Origin: Candidatus Latescibacterota bacterium
GTDB lineage: Bacteria; Latescibacterota; UBA2968; UBA8231
Length of the DNA stretch: 64,000 bases
NCBI GenBank assembly: GCA_965215195.1
Contig: CBDCDC010000001.1
Coordinates: 1,056,001 to 1,120,000 of the forward strand
Direction of reading: 5' to 3'
Under the pieces are notes generated by a model. That model made no database searches and was not told the DNA's origin. It saw nothing but the letters and a program-made list of their open reading frames with translations. The position numbers and the translations under genes were made by a program. Within the stretch, counting starts at the first letter, position 1. Each line of letters opens with the position of its first letter. Of the stretch, positions 29,247 to 41,707 are shown piece by piece.

Positions 29247-29431
29247 GGGCGTCTCCTCGGGCGATTGCTTCTGTGAAAGTCGGAGGGAAGGTACGGTTCC
29301 TTGATTTCGCACGCAAAAAAGCGATGATGGAGCGGGGGGATTGAAGCAATAGCAAAAACGGAGAATTTTATGGGACCGACAGAGGGTAAGGCCGGCCACG
29401 GCCAGCGCAGCCGCGCGACGCCAGCAGAGCG

Positions 29432-30292
29432 TCAAAACCCGGCATCCACCACGCTCAAGGCCAACAATAGCGGCAGGTACAGAACCGAAGCCTTGAGCAG
29501 CCGCCGCGCACTGGCCACCGAGCGCGAGACACTAAGCGCGAGACCAGAGGCGAGAAACAGCGCACCCAACACCAGCGCCCCGACCAGATAGAACGGCCCG
29601 GTGAGACCCATAAACGAAGGCAGCACCGAAAAAATCAGCAGCAGCACCAAGTAGCCCACGACCTGCCAGCAGGTGCTGTTCCCATCCGGCTCAACCACGG
29701 GCAACATCTTGAAACCGCCGCGCCGATAGTCGTCGCGGAAGATCCAAGCAATGGCGTAGAAGTGCGGGTGCTGCCAAGCAAAGAGAATGAGAAAGAGGAC
29801 CACGGCCCCCGGGTCCAGCGCGCCGGTCGCCGCCGTCCAGCCCCCTACGGGCGGCAGGGCCCCCGGCACGGCCCCCAGCGAAGTGTTGAGCCAATTTTGC
29901 CGCTTCATCGGGGTGTACACCACCACGTAGAGAAACGCCGTGAGCAGTGCCAGAAACGCCGTGAGCAGCCCAGCGGTAAAAAGCAGGAAAAACACGCCGC
30001 CCAACACCAGCGCAAACCCCATCGACAGCGCGGTGGTCGGCTTGACGCGCCCGGTGGGCAAGGGCCGATTGCGCGTGCGCTTCATCAACCCATCGACGTC
30101 GCGCTCCAGATAGTGGTTGAGCACTGACGAGCCGCAGGTAGTCAGACCCGTGCCGACCAGCAAGCAGCAGAAAAGCAGGGGCGCGTGAATGCCTTGGCCG
30201 CCCCAGAAGAATCCCAAGGCGGCCGTAACCAGCACCAAAAAGGCAATTCGCGGTTTAGTCAGTTCCCAGTAGTCGCGCCAAGTAGCAGTCAT
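29432..30292 (-). CDS. cyoE: Protoheme IX farnesyltransferase
   Basis: LTKPRI, N..LERDVD..MKRTRNRPLP.GR, WQHPHF.AIA....DY. Confidence 0.96.
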   Translation of the reverse strand: MTATWRDYWELTKPRIAFLVLVTAALGFFWGGQGIHAPLLFCCLLVGTGLTTCGSSVLNHYLERDVDGLMKRTRNRPLPTGRVKPTTALSMGFALVLGGVFFLLFTAGLLTAFLALLTAFLYVVVYTPMKRQNWLNTSLGAVPGALPPVGGWTAATGALDPGAVVLFLILFAWQHPHFYAIAWIFRDDYRRGGFKMLPVVEPDGNSTCWQVVGYLVLLLIFSVLPSFMGLTGPFYLVGALVLGALFLASGLALSVSRSVASARRLLKASVLYLPLLLALSVVDAGF

Positions 30293-30361
30293 ATCTATCT
30301 CGTTCCGCGACAAAAATATAACGCTGGATCCATCGACGGACAATACGCGGACAGGTAGTGG

Positions 30362-32715
<2,354 letters not shown>

Positions 32716-32964
32716 ACCTATCTCCTAAGACGCCCGGCGTCGGCCCAAGCGCGAGCCGCCCCGCAAACCATAAGGAGCCATATTCTTTATATGAGAGAGG
32801 CGTACCAGTGCTATCCGCCACCGTAGCCGCCAAAGCTCTTTTGGCAATCTGCGGGTCAGCTTGGGCAGGTGCCTCAACAGGAGAAGTCCCACAACGGCGC
32901 AATGCTGTATTGAAACCTGAGGGGGCTCCCATATAAGAATTCCGTCCTGTCTTGTGTACCGACG

Positions 32965-33153
32965 CTTACTGCACGACACCAGCCCTCAGCCTGCCAAGGA
33001 TCGAGGGCATCTTGCCCTCGTCGAGGGCGGGACGCCCTCGATCCCGCACCCGAGAGCAGGCGCAAGCCCGTGCTTGGGAACTGGTGCCCTCGATCCCGGA
33101 CCCATCGGAAACAGCAGAAAATGCGTACTCAAAGTAAGGTGTCGTGTACTAAG
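32965..33153 (+). mobile_element. MITE copy 2 (189 bp, with a 72-bp internal insert)
   Basis: CTTACTGCACG...CGTGTACTAAG flanked by a perfect 9-bp duplication GTACCGACG. Confidence 0.92.
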
Positions 33154-33311
33154 GTACCGACGATACTGTGCGGGGAACTGTGTACAGCAGGCTTCGGTAT
33201 GCGTCAAGACCAAAGAAGGGGATCGCCATGGCAGTCAAAAGTCATCTAGCAGCAATAGCTGACCCCTGCTGTACATTGCCTATGGGCGGCGGCGTAGCTA
33301 CTTTCCGCCTT

Positions 33312-35276
33312 ATGTTAAAATTAAAAGCAAACTGCCTGTGGCTCCTTTTGTGTTGCGCCGGTTCCGCGTGGAGCGCCGAAATCCCGTTCCAGCGGGGCGT
33401 CAACCTGACCAATTGGCTGCAAGCGTCCAGTGTGCAGCACGTGCATTTTGCCAAGTTTGGCCGCGCCGACTTCGCGCACATCCAACAGCTCGGCTGCGAC
33501 GTGGTGCGCCTGCCGATCAATCTGCACGCCATGACCAGCGGTCCGCCGGATTACCGCATCGATCCCTTGCTCTACGACTTTCTCGATCAAATCGCGGATT
33601 GGGCCGATGAGTTGGGACTGCATCTGATTTTGGACAACCACACGTTTGATCCGGCGGTGAGTACGTCACCGGATATTGGCGACGTGCTGGTGCCGGTGTG
33701 GACCCAGCTTGCCGCGCACTTTGCCGCGCATCCGGCCCAGCTCTACTACGAGATCCTCAACGAGCCGCACGGCATTAGCGACGCGGCTTGGAACGCGATT
33801 CAGCAGCAGGTGATCGACGCGATCCGGCAGGTGGATCAGCAGCACGCGATCGTGGTTGGCCCGGCCAACTGGAACAGCTTCCGCAACCTGCACCGGATGC
33901 CGGTCTTTGCCGACGACAATCTCGTGTACACGTTTCACTTCTACGAGCCTTTCGTCTTTACCCACCAAGGCGCTAGCTGGACCAGTCCCTCCCTAGTGCC
34001 GCTGCGCGGTGTGCCCTTTCCCTACGAGCGGGCGCGCATGCCGGCGTTGCCCCCGTCCTTGTTGGGGACTTGGGTCGGCACTGCGCTGGGCAACTACAGC
34101 CAAGAGGGCACCATCGCGCAGGTGCGTATATTGATCGACGAGGCCGCGGCCTTTCGGAAGGATCGCGGGGTGCCGCTGTTTTGCGGGGAGTTTGGGGTGT
34201 ACAGTCCCAACAGCGACAACAGCGACCGCGTCTTGTGGTACGAGGTGGTGCGGCAGCACTTGGAGGAGCGGGGCATTGCGTGGACGATTTGGGACTATCG
34301 CGGCGGTTTTGGGCTGTTCGAGCGCGGGTCGGACGAGTTGTTCGAGTTTGACCTGAATGTGCCGCTGTTGGAGGCGTTGGGGCTGAACGTGCCGCCGCAA
34401 CAGGATTTTGTGGCCGAGCCAGACCAACAGGGTTTTGTGCTCTACGACGACTTCCTCGGCCCGCACATGGTTGAGTCCAACCACATCGGGGCGGGCACGG
34501 TCAACTACTACGCCGAAGATGATCCAGTGGTGGGCCGCTACTGCATGCGCTGGACCGGAGTGCCGCTCTACGGGTTCATTGGCTTCGACTTCAAGCCTTT
34601 TAAGGATTTGTCCGCGTTGGCCGCGACGGGCTATGCGGTCGAGTTCTGGGTGCGGGGAGATACGCCGGGGTCGTCGTTTGACATTCGCTGGGTTGATACG
34701 GATGCGGAAGACCCGGACGACCACCCTTGGCGCATGCGCTATACGATAGACGAGCAGGTGGTGCCGTGGGACGGCGCGTGGCACCAGGTGCGGGTGCCGC
34801 TTGGAGACTTTGCCGAGCACGGAGCTTGGGAGAACGAGTGGTTCAATCCGATCGGCGCGTTCGACTGGCAGGCGATTGACCGCTTCGACATCGTGGCCGA
34901 GCACCACGCCTTAGACGGGATCCAGTTCTGGTTCGACGAGCTGCGGATTGTGGGGCCGGCGCTGACGGCCGTGCGCCACGAGGCCGCGTCCCAGCCAGCC
35001 GCGTTGGTCTTGGCCGCGAATTATCCCAACCCGTTCAACGCGACGACCGCGATCCGCTACGCGCTGCCGGCCGCCGGTCCGGTGCGGCTATCGGTCTATG
35101 CGCTGAACGGCCAGCAGGTGCGGACGCTGGTGCAGGGCGCGGCGGCTCCGGGGTGGCATGTGGTGCGCTGGGATGGGCGCGACGCGGCCGGGCGGCCGGT
35201 GGCCAGCGGCGCGTACCTGTATCGCTTGGCCGCTGTGGGTGGGGTGCGGACTGGGAAGATGACGTTGGTGCGCTGA
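33312..35276 (+). CDS. GH5 endoglucanase with CBM-like domain and C-terminal FlgD-Ig
   Basis: RGVNL, VRLPI, EILNEP, FHFYEP..FTHQGA, GEFG; NYPNPFN...WDGRD..G..VASG.Y.Y. Confidence 0.92.
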   Translation: MLKLKANCLWLLLCCAGSAWSAEIPFQRGVNLTNWLQASSVQHVHFAKFGRADFAHIQQLGCDVVRLPINLHAMTSGPPDYRIDPLLYDFLDQIADWADELGLHLILDNHTFDPAVSTSPDIGDVLVPVWTQLAAHFAAHPAQLYYEILNEPHGISDAAWNAIQQQVIDAIRQVDQQHAIVVGPANWNSFRNLHRMPVFADDNLVYTFHFYEPFVFTHQGASWTSPSLVPLRGVPFPYERARMPALPPSLLGTWVGTALGNYSQEGTIAQVRILIDEAAAFRKDRGVPLFCGEFGVYSPNSDNSDRVLWYEVVRQHLEERGIAWTIWDYRGGFGLFERGSDELFEFDLNVPLLEALGLNVPPQQDFVAEPDQQGFVLYDDFLGPHMVESNHIGAGTVNYYAEDDPVVGRYCMRWTGVPLYGFIGFDFKPFKDLSALAATGYAVEFWVRGDTPGSSFDIRWVDTDAEDPDDHPWRMRYTIDEQVVPWDGAWHQVRVPLGDFAEHGAWENEWFNPIGAFDWQAIDRFDIVAEHHALDGIQFWFDELRIVGPALTAVRHEAASQPAALVLAANYPNPFNATTAIRYALPAAGPVRLSVYALNGQQVRTLVQGAAAPGWHVVRWDGRDAAGRPVASGAYLYRLAAVGGVRTGKMTLVR

Positions 35277-35383
35277 AGCTAACGCTTGTGGTCCGCGTTT
35301 TGCTTTTGTCAAACGGCGGGGTGCTCTATTGAAGGGGTGCCCGTCGGCGAGTACATTACCCCAGTAAGCAGGAGATGGCAGAC

Positions 35384-35671
35384 ATGGCAGAACGTTCCCC
35401 CCTCGACTATGGTGACCGCGTTGGCCGCCTCGAAGGCATCACCGAGCAGATCAACGACCGCCTCGGCAGCTTGGAACTGCGCTTAGGCAGCGTGAAGAGC
35501 GACTTAGAGGCCCATATAAACAGCGCGAAGAGCGACTTAGAGAGCCGCATCAGCAGCTTGGAGCGCAGCCACCGACGGGACTTTCGCTGGCTGATCGGTA
35601 CGATGATCGGCATGTGGGCGACGATGATGGGCTTGCTGTTGACGGTGGCGGTTAAGGTCTTTTCGGGCTAG
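35384..35671 (+). CDS. Small coiled-coil protein with C-terminal TM (DUF1640-like)
   Basis: RVGRLEG...coiled coil...RDFRWLIG + TM; 33-bp internal repeat at 35488/35521; AGGAG RBS. Confidence 0.7.
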   Translation: MAERSPLDYGDRVGRLEGITEQINDRLGSLELRLGSVKSDLEAHINSAKSDLESRISSLERSHRRDFRWLIGTMIGMWATMMGLLLTVAVKVFSG

Positions 35672-35820
35672 CCGAAACTGTTACCGCACAGGGTTGAGTG
35701 TTACCTCACCTCCACACCCCCCCTGCGAATTTCCAGTACTGCAGAATCAGGTTGATGCACGTGGCAGCAGCGAGGAAGTCGTGCTGTCGGCGATGTGCAG
35801 ATCTCGACGCGGGCAGATTC

Positions 35821-37281
35821 CTACTCAGCACGTCGTGCATCATTGCAATCTTCCAGCCAATAGGCGTATAGCCGCGCTTGATGCAGGTAGAACTTCAGGC
35901 GAACCGGTTTTTCAAATACCAGATCGTGCGGGTGTTTCCACGCGTATTTGGCCCGCAGGCTGTCGCCGGTAAAGGGCGGCGGCTCCTCCCCGGGCACCCA
36001 GAAGCCGGGATGGGGCCTGCCGGTCTCGGCGTCTTGGATCTCGGCGTAGATTTCGCCCCAGCGGGCGTCGGCGTTGAGGTAGAGGTCTTGGCCGCGCCAG
36101 TGGAAGGGTTGGGTGACGAGGGTGGCGATTTGGTCGCCGTCAATGGAGACGAAGCGGTCGGGCGGCAGCTTGGCCAAGCAGAGTGCGCCCGGATCGGCGA
36201 AGTGGCGCTCGCCGACGCCGAGCCGGAACAGCTCCTTGCAGCGGTTGAAGCGCCGGTACATTTCCACGCTGCCTGGCATTCGCAGGGCGTTGTAGTAAAT
36301 CCAAATCTCGCTGTCTTCGCGCACCAGCGGCGCACCGGCCATGAGGAGCTGGCTGGTGCCGTAGTTTTCCCCGTCCCAAGGTTCGATGCCGATAAAAGGT
36401 GTGCGGTCGGCCACGCGGTCCCAAGTGCGTAGGTCGCGCGAGACGGCCATTTCGATCTGGTTGATGCGGGTGAAATTGGTGGCTGGCGGCGGGATGGCAC
36501 CGATGGGGTTGAAAACCGTGGGGAATCCGATGTACAGCCCCTGATAGGGCATGACCGCCATGTTGTAGATCTCGGCGTGGTAGTCTTGGTCATCGACGAT
36601 TGGCGGGGTGATGTACGCTGGGTCGTCGATGATGGTGCGGACGCGCTGGCGGCAGTTTTCCCAGTCGGTTTCGTCGGCGTGGAAGATGAGCTCGGGCGCG
36701 GTGAAGTGGTCGAAATCGCGGCTGGTCGCCAGCCAGACCGAGCGGCCCCATTCGGTGGGCTGCTTGACCAAGGCGAGGTATTGCTCGGTATAGGGGTCGT
36801 GCGCGAACTGGGACTCGTCTTGGCTGGGGACAAAGGCGCTGGGAAGCGGGGTCCAAGCAAAGCCATCGGGCGAGACTGCGCCGCAGCGGCCGCGGCCGTT
36901 GAACAGGGCCTTGTAGCGGCGGCCCGGGTCTGGGTCGCGCTCGTCGCGGACGATGTGGTACAGGCCCGGGCCGTTGGGGTCGCAGGCGATGTTGTTGTCT
37001 TTGCTGCCGTTCCACTCGTAGAGCCTCAAGGAGGGTTTTTCCCAGTGTGCGCCGTCGCGAGAGATGGCCAAGCGGGCCTGCGGGCCGTTGTACCACCATT
37101 CGTAGCGCGCCGCGTCCGGGTTCCACAAGGGTGCGCTGCGGCTCTGGATGCCGCCGGTGATGCAGGGGCCGCACCTTTTGGGCGGGTGCAGGGTGCGGGT
37201 GGTGCCTTGCTCAGAGACTAAGGCGCGGCTGTCGAGGAAGAGCTGGCGGTGCTTTTGGGGATTGATGAGGGCGGTGGACAT
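35821..37281 (-). CDS. Hypothetical GH32-like beta-propeller protein
   Basis: Asp-boxes ISRDGAHW, VSPDGFAW, TSRDFDHF, VSRDLRTW; DRFVS...LYLNADA. Confidence 0.7.
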   Translation of the reverse strand: MSTALINPQKHRQLFLDSRALVSEQGTTRTLHPPKRCGPCITGGIQSRSAPLWNPDAARYEWWYNGPQARLAISRDGAHWEKPSLRLYEWNGSKDNNIACDPNGPGLYHIVRDERDPDPGRRYKALFNGRGRCGAVSPDGFAWTPLPSAFVPSQDESQFAHDPYTEQYLALVKQPTEWGRSVWLATSRDFDHFTAPELIFHADETDWENCRQRVRTIIDDPAYITPPIVDDQDYHAEIYNMAVMPYQGLYIGFPTVFNPIGAIPPPATNFTRINQIEMAVSRDLRTWDRVADRTPFIGIEPWDGENYGTSQLLMAGAPLVREDSEIWIYYNALRMPGSVEMYRRFNRCKELFRLGVGERHFADPGALCLAKLPPDRFVSIDGDQIATLVTQPFHWRGQDLYLNADARWGEIYAEIQDAETGRPHPGFWVPGEEPPPFTGDSLRAKYAWKHPHDLVFEKPVRLKFYLHQARLYAYWLEDCNDARRAE

Positions 37282-37290
37282 GGTTGTCGC

Positions 37291-38292
37291 TCATAGCGCA
37301 AACGGCGGAATGCGGAGGAACGCGCCCCCTTGCCGGGCGGACTCTTGGGCCAGCAGGCAGGCTTGGGCGGTGGCGAACACCGAGCGGGTGGGGATGAAGA
37401 GGTCGGTGCCGCGTTCGAGGGCGTCGATCAGGTTGGCGACAAACGCGCCGCCTTGATCGGCGGGCAAATCGGGTGCGTACGGGCCGCGCTCGTTGGTGGC
37501 GATGAGCAAGTGATCGCTGGCATAGGCGCGCAGGTGCGCCGAGCCGGCCGTGCCCATGATGATGAAGCGGGTGTCGCCAAACGAGGGCGCGGCTTGGGGC
37601 GTGAGCCAGTCGGCCGTGAGGGTCGCCAATGCGCCGTCGGAGAGCTCAAAGGAAGCCTGCATGTGGTCGTCTAAGCGCGGCTCAGCCGTGAACCGCTTGC
37701 AGGTGGCGAGGGCGTGGACGCCGACGCATTCGGCATTGGTGAGCCAGCGGACTTGATCGACGCCGTGGCAAGCTAGGTCGTGGAACGCGCCCGTGTACTG
37801 ATTCGGGTCAAAATACCAAGCTGGGGCGGTGGCGCGGCCGAGCTTGTGCGGGTGGGTGGAGATGAGGCTGGCGATGGTCCCGAGTGCGCCGTTGAGGATG
37901 GCTTGGCGCAGGGCGATAAACGGCGGATAGCTGCGCGAGGTGAACCACATGGACACGTGGATTGCGCTGGCGGCCACGGCGCGGCGCATGCGCTCCCAGT
38001 CCTCGAGTGTGCGGCACAGGGGTTTGTCGAGGAGCAGGTGAATGCCGGCGCGGGCGCAGGTTTCCACGAGCGCGGTTTTCTCGTGGTGGATCAAGCCTTC
38101 GAGGATTAGCTCGGGCCGGGCGCGGGCGATCAGGTCCTCTAAGGTGGCAAAGCGGGGGATGGATGCGTAGCGCGCACAGAGTGCGTCGTCGTCTTCGACC
38201 AAGCCGACGATGTGCCCGTTTGATGCCTGTAAGGCGGATTGGATCATGCCACTAATGTGGCCGTAGTGGACGCCCATGATGCCGATGCGCAT
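37291..38292 (-). CDS. Gfo/Idh/MocA oxidoreductase
   Basis: IGIMG, LLDKP, DLACHGVD. Confidence 0.88.
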   Translation of the reverse strand: MRIGIMGVHYGHISGMIQSALQASNGHIVGLVEDDDALCARYASIPRFATLEDLIARARPELILEGLIHHEKTALVETCARAGIHLLLDKPLCRTLEDWERMRRAVAASAIHVSMWFTSRSYPPFIALRQAILNGALGTIASLISTHPHKLGRATAPAWYFDPNQYTGAFHDLACHGVDQVRWLTNAECVGVHALATCKRFTAEPRLDDHMQASFELSDGALATLTADWLTPQAAPSFGDTRFIIMGTAGSAHLRAYASDHLLIATNERGPYAPDLPADQGGAFVANLIDALERGTDLFIPTRSVFATAQACLLAQESARQGGAFLRIPPFAL

Positions 38293-38498
38293 GATGAATA
38301 CTCCGAGTGAGGTGTGCGCGGGAAGATAAGACGCAGCCGATGAGTGCGCTACGTGTATTCAGGCGCGAGAAAGGACCCGAACCATGTCTAATTGGCTCAC
38401 CGCAATTTGCAGCGCGGCTGGCGCAAGCGGGTCGAGACCCCAAGCCGAGGCCGAAGCTCTGATGCGCGAAAAGACCGCTTTCTACGTGTGGGGCTCGC

Positions 38499-40262
38499 CT
38501 AGGCCGACAGCCGCCGCACGTACGCGTAATAAGGGGCGATGGTCCGCTCGGTGCGGTCGTAGAACGAGGCGTAGAGCCGGTCGGGGCCAGCCGCGAGGTC
38601 CAGCTCAAAGCGGACGCTCGGCGCGGTGGGATCGACTTCTTGCTGGAGATTCTGGCCGCCGATTGTTAGTTGGGCCCAGCCGAGGCCGAGGGCAACCCCG
38701 CCCTCGTAGGCCGGCGCATCTTTAGGCTGGATACCATCGCGGTACCAGCCGCTGTCGTCGCCTTCAATTCCCGCAGCAAGCGCATAGCCGGTTTCCTCGG
38801 GCCAGCGCCGCAGCTCAATCTGGTAGCGGCCCGCCTCTTTGACATCAACGGCCCAAAAGCCACTCGTGATCTGCCCGGCGCGGACTTGGCGCTGATTCCA
38901 GACGGCGCTACACGCCTCATTGCGGATGTCGTGGGTAGTGAGTTTGACGGGTTGGTCGTCCCGGCCCAAGGCAATTGGCTCGTCGCGGTCGAACTGCGCG
39001 GACACGAGATCCCACCACTCATTGTACGCGGCGCGCAACTCGGCGGCGATGTCGGGATGTGCAGCGGCGATGTCCTGCCGCTGGCCGGGATCGGCGCCGA
39101 GGTCGTAGAGTGCGTGGCCGTCGATGAGCCGCCACTTGTCCTTCATTACTGCGCTCTTGCGCCATTTGACCGGATGGGCCACGCGCTGGGTGTCGCAGAA
39201 GGTGACGCGGGCGGCCCACGCTGCTTCGTCTGCGCCGCCCAGCAGCGGCGCTAGGCTCTGGCCGTGGAAGCTGCGGCCGGCTGGGACTTCTACTCCGCAC
39301 AAGTCGAGCAGGGTTGGCATGAAATCCACGTAGCTGGTCAGCGCGTCAATGTCGCGGCCGCCGGCGATGTGCCCGTTGGGGTAGCGGATGAGGAAGGGTA
39401 CGCGGTGGCCGCCTTCGTAGGCCGAGCCTTTCTTGCCGCGCATTCCGGCGTTGTAGCTGCCCGGGCCTTCGCGGGGAAACTGATCGGCGTCCAATTCGAC
39501 GCCCGTGGCCGTGCCGTTGTCGGTCATAAAGATGAGGATGGTATTGTCGGCGATACCCAATTCGTTGAGATGGGCTTGCAAGCGGCCGAAGTTCTCGTCA
39601 ATGTTGGCGATCATGCCGTAGAAGCGGGCGCGCTCCTCGTGCGGGGTGGCGTCGCGGTATGGCTCGACGTAGTGTGGCTCGACGTTGAGTGGCCCGTGCG
39701 GCGCGTTGGTGGCGATGTAACAGAAGAAGGGCTGGTCGGCGTTTTCTTGGATAAAGCGCCGACCCTCGCGGAAGAACACGTCCGTGCAATAGCCCTCGTA
39801 CGGGGTGGGGACGCCGTTTTTGAAATAGGTGTCGTCAAAGTAGTCGTTGCCCCAGGCGTCGCCCGTGTTGCCGATGCCGCCGCCGGCGTGATACACGGAT
39901 TCGGCAAAGCCGCGCTCGTGCGGCCGGTAGGGCGGGCTGTCGCCGAGGTGCCACTTGCCGAAGTGCCCGGTGCAGTAGCCGGCACCCGTGAGCGCGTCGG
40001 CGAGGGTCCACTCGTCGGCGCACAACAGGGAGCGGCCGCCAATGGTGTGCCAGACGCCGGCGCTGTTGCAGTAGTGACCGGTGAGGAGGCCGGCGCGGGT
40101 GGGGGCGCAGGTGGAGCCGACGTGGTAGTTGGTGAAGCGCACGGCCTCTTGGTGGAAGCGGTCGAGGCAAGGCGTGCGGATTGCGCTGTTGCCGTGGCAG
40201 GCGAGGTCGCCGTAGCCTTGGTCGTCGGTGAGGACGAAGACGATGTTGGGGCGCGAGTTCAT
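38499..40262 (-). CDS. Arylsulfatase
   Basis: PNIVFVLTDDQGYGD, CAPTRAGLLTG, GKWHLG, TDNG, YEGGHRVP. Confidence 0.94.
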   Translation of the reverse strand: MNSRPNIVFVLTDDQGYGDLACHGNSAIRTPCLDRFHQEAVRFTNYHVGSTCAPTRAGLLTGHYCNSAGVWHTIGGRSLLCADEWTLADALTGAGYCTGHFGKWHLGDSPPYRPHERGFAESVYHAGGGIGNTGDAWGNDYFDDTYFKNGVPTPYEGYCTDVFFREGRRFIQENADQPFFCYIATNAPHGPLNVEPHYVEPYRDATPHEERARFYGMIANIDENFGRLQAHLNELGIADNTILIFMTDNGTATGVELDADQFPREGPGSYNAGMRGKKGSAYEGGHRVPFLIRYPNGHIAGGRDIDALTSYVDFMPTLLDLCGVEVPAGRSFHGQSLAPLLGGADEAAWAARVTFCDTQRVAHPVKWRKSAVMKDKWRLIDGHALYDLGADPGQRQDIAAAHPDIAAELRAAYNEWWDLVSAQFDRDEPIALGRDDQPVKLTTHDIRNEACSAVWNQRQVRAGQITSGFWAVDVKEAGRYQIELRRWPEETGYALAAGIEGDDSGWYRDGIQPKDAPAYEGGVALGLGWAQLTIGGQNLQQEVDPTAPSVRFELDLAAGPDRLYASFYDRTERTIAPYYAYVRRLSA

Positions 40263-40993
40263 TGTTCTGCGCGCCACGCTTCGTATTCGGCGCGGGCTTC
40301 TTCGCTGAGCGGGTAGTATTTGCGCAGGTGCCCGCCCGCGGCCAGTCTCATGCGGCTGAAGTCCTCCCACTCGGCGTGGGCGTGGGCCTTTTCAGTCAGT
40401 TCCGGGGCGAGCTGGGCCGGGACGACGGTGGCACCGTCGTCGTCGGCCACGATGATGTCCCCGGGCATGACGAGGGTGTCGCCGCAGGCGATGGGCACGT
40501 TGACTGCGAAGGGGAAGATGTTGGTTTGGGTGTGGAAGTTGGGGGTGGTGCCGCGCAGCCAAAGCCCAATGTCGAGGTCTTCGATCACCTTGGGGAAGTC
40601 GCGGATGCAGCCGTCAATGACCGCGCCGATGCCGCCGCGCCCCATGAAGAAGGTGAGCATCATCTCGCCGAAGACCCCGCTGTGCAGGTCGCCGCGCGCA
40701 TCGACGACGATGATGTCGCCGGGTTGGGTGTGGTACAGGGCGTGGCGGTGGAGTTGCTTTTCCGGGTCGGCGTATTCATCGACCGAGTATTGGTCTTCGC
40801 GCTTGGGCATAAACTGCAAGGTCAGGGCCGGGCCGACGATGTGCTTGCCCGGGGTGCGGGCGACCGGGCCTTGGATGTGGGGGTCGCGGATGCCCAAGCG
40901 GGCCAGTTCGCCGGCCGCGGTTGCGCTGGTGATGGAGGCGAGGGCGTCGACGAGGTCTTTGGGAGGGCGTTGGATGTCGTTGGTTTGGACCAT
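40259..40993 (-). CDS. RraA/HMG aldolase family protein
   Basis: VGPALT, GVFGEMM, DGCIRD, VMPGDIIVADDDG. Confidence 0.9.
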   Translation of the reverse strand: MVQTNDIQRPPKDLVDALASITSATAAGELARLGIRDPHIQGPVARTPGKHIVGPALTLQFMPKREDQYSVDEYADPEKQLHRHALYHTQPGDIIVVDARGDLHSGVFGEMMLTFFMGRGGIGAVIDGCIRDFPKVIEDLDIGLWLRGTTPNFHTQTNIFPFAVNVPIACGDTLVMPGDIIVADDDGATVVPAQLAPELTEKAHAHAEWEDFSRMRLAAGGHLRKYYPLSEEARAEYEAWRAEQ

Positions 40994-41144
40994 GGTGTCT
41001 CCTGTCTTTAGGTGCGGGTACTTCGTTTAAGCTAAGAACGAGGCGTCGGCAGGGCCAATGTCGAATGAGTAGCAGGGGTTTAAGAGGTTGGCTATTATTG
41101 GACCGCTGGCATAGTGGTAAGCCCTCCCAATGAGGAGATGACCT

Positions 41145-41672
41145 ATGTTGACCCGCCTGAAAGTCTCTAACTTCAAGAATTTGGTAGATGTGGATTTGGC
41201 TCTCGGTCCGTTTACCTGTGTGGTCGGGCCGAATGGGGTGGGTAAGTCGAACTTGTTCGACGCGATTCGCTTTCTGAGCGCACTGGCCAATCACACGCTC
41301 ATGGAGGCCGCCGCCGCTGTGCGGGATCAAGACAGCCGCACAGCACCCGTGCGCGACCTTTTTCACCGCGTGGGCAACCACTATGCCGAGCGCATGACCT
41401 TTGAGGCAGAGATGATCGTGCCCGGTCGGGCCATCGACGACTTGGGGCAGGAGGCCGAGGCCAGTATTACGTTTTTGCGCTATTCTTTAGAGCTTTCCTA
41501 CCGAGAGACGGACGATAGCTTGGTGCGAGGGACCCTCGCTATCGCAAAAGAAGAATGGCTCTACCCCCGGTCGAACGGAAAGGTAGACGCACTGGCACTT
41601 CATCGCTGGACGATCAACGAGACGGGGCTGTGCAGGGCCACCGCCACAACTCATCCAAAGTGGACTAGGTAG
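41145..41672 (+). pseudogene. N-terminal half of an ABC-type ATPase fused to an unrelated fragment
   Basis: NFKNL, GPNGVGKSNLFDAI; no Walker B; sequence from about 41556 is homologous to 44719-44871. Confidence 0.8.
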
Positions 41673-41707
41673 GTCGTCGTCGACCCGTCCCGGCTGAAGG
41701 AAGTCGA

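Noticed and set aside
38300-38495. Small plus-strand ORF at 38384 with an RBS-like sequence
   Set aside because: Runs antisense into the arylsulfatase and has no recognisable motif.
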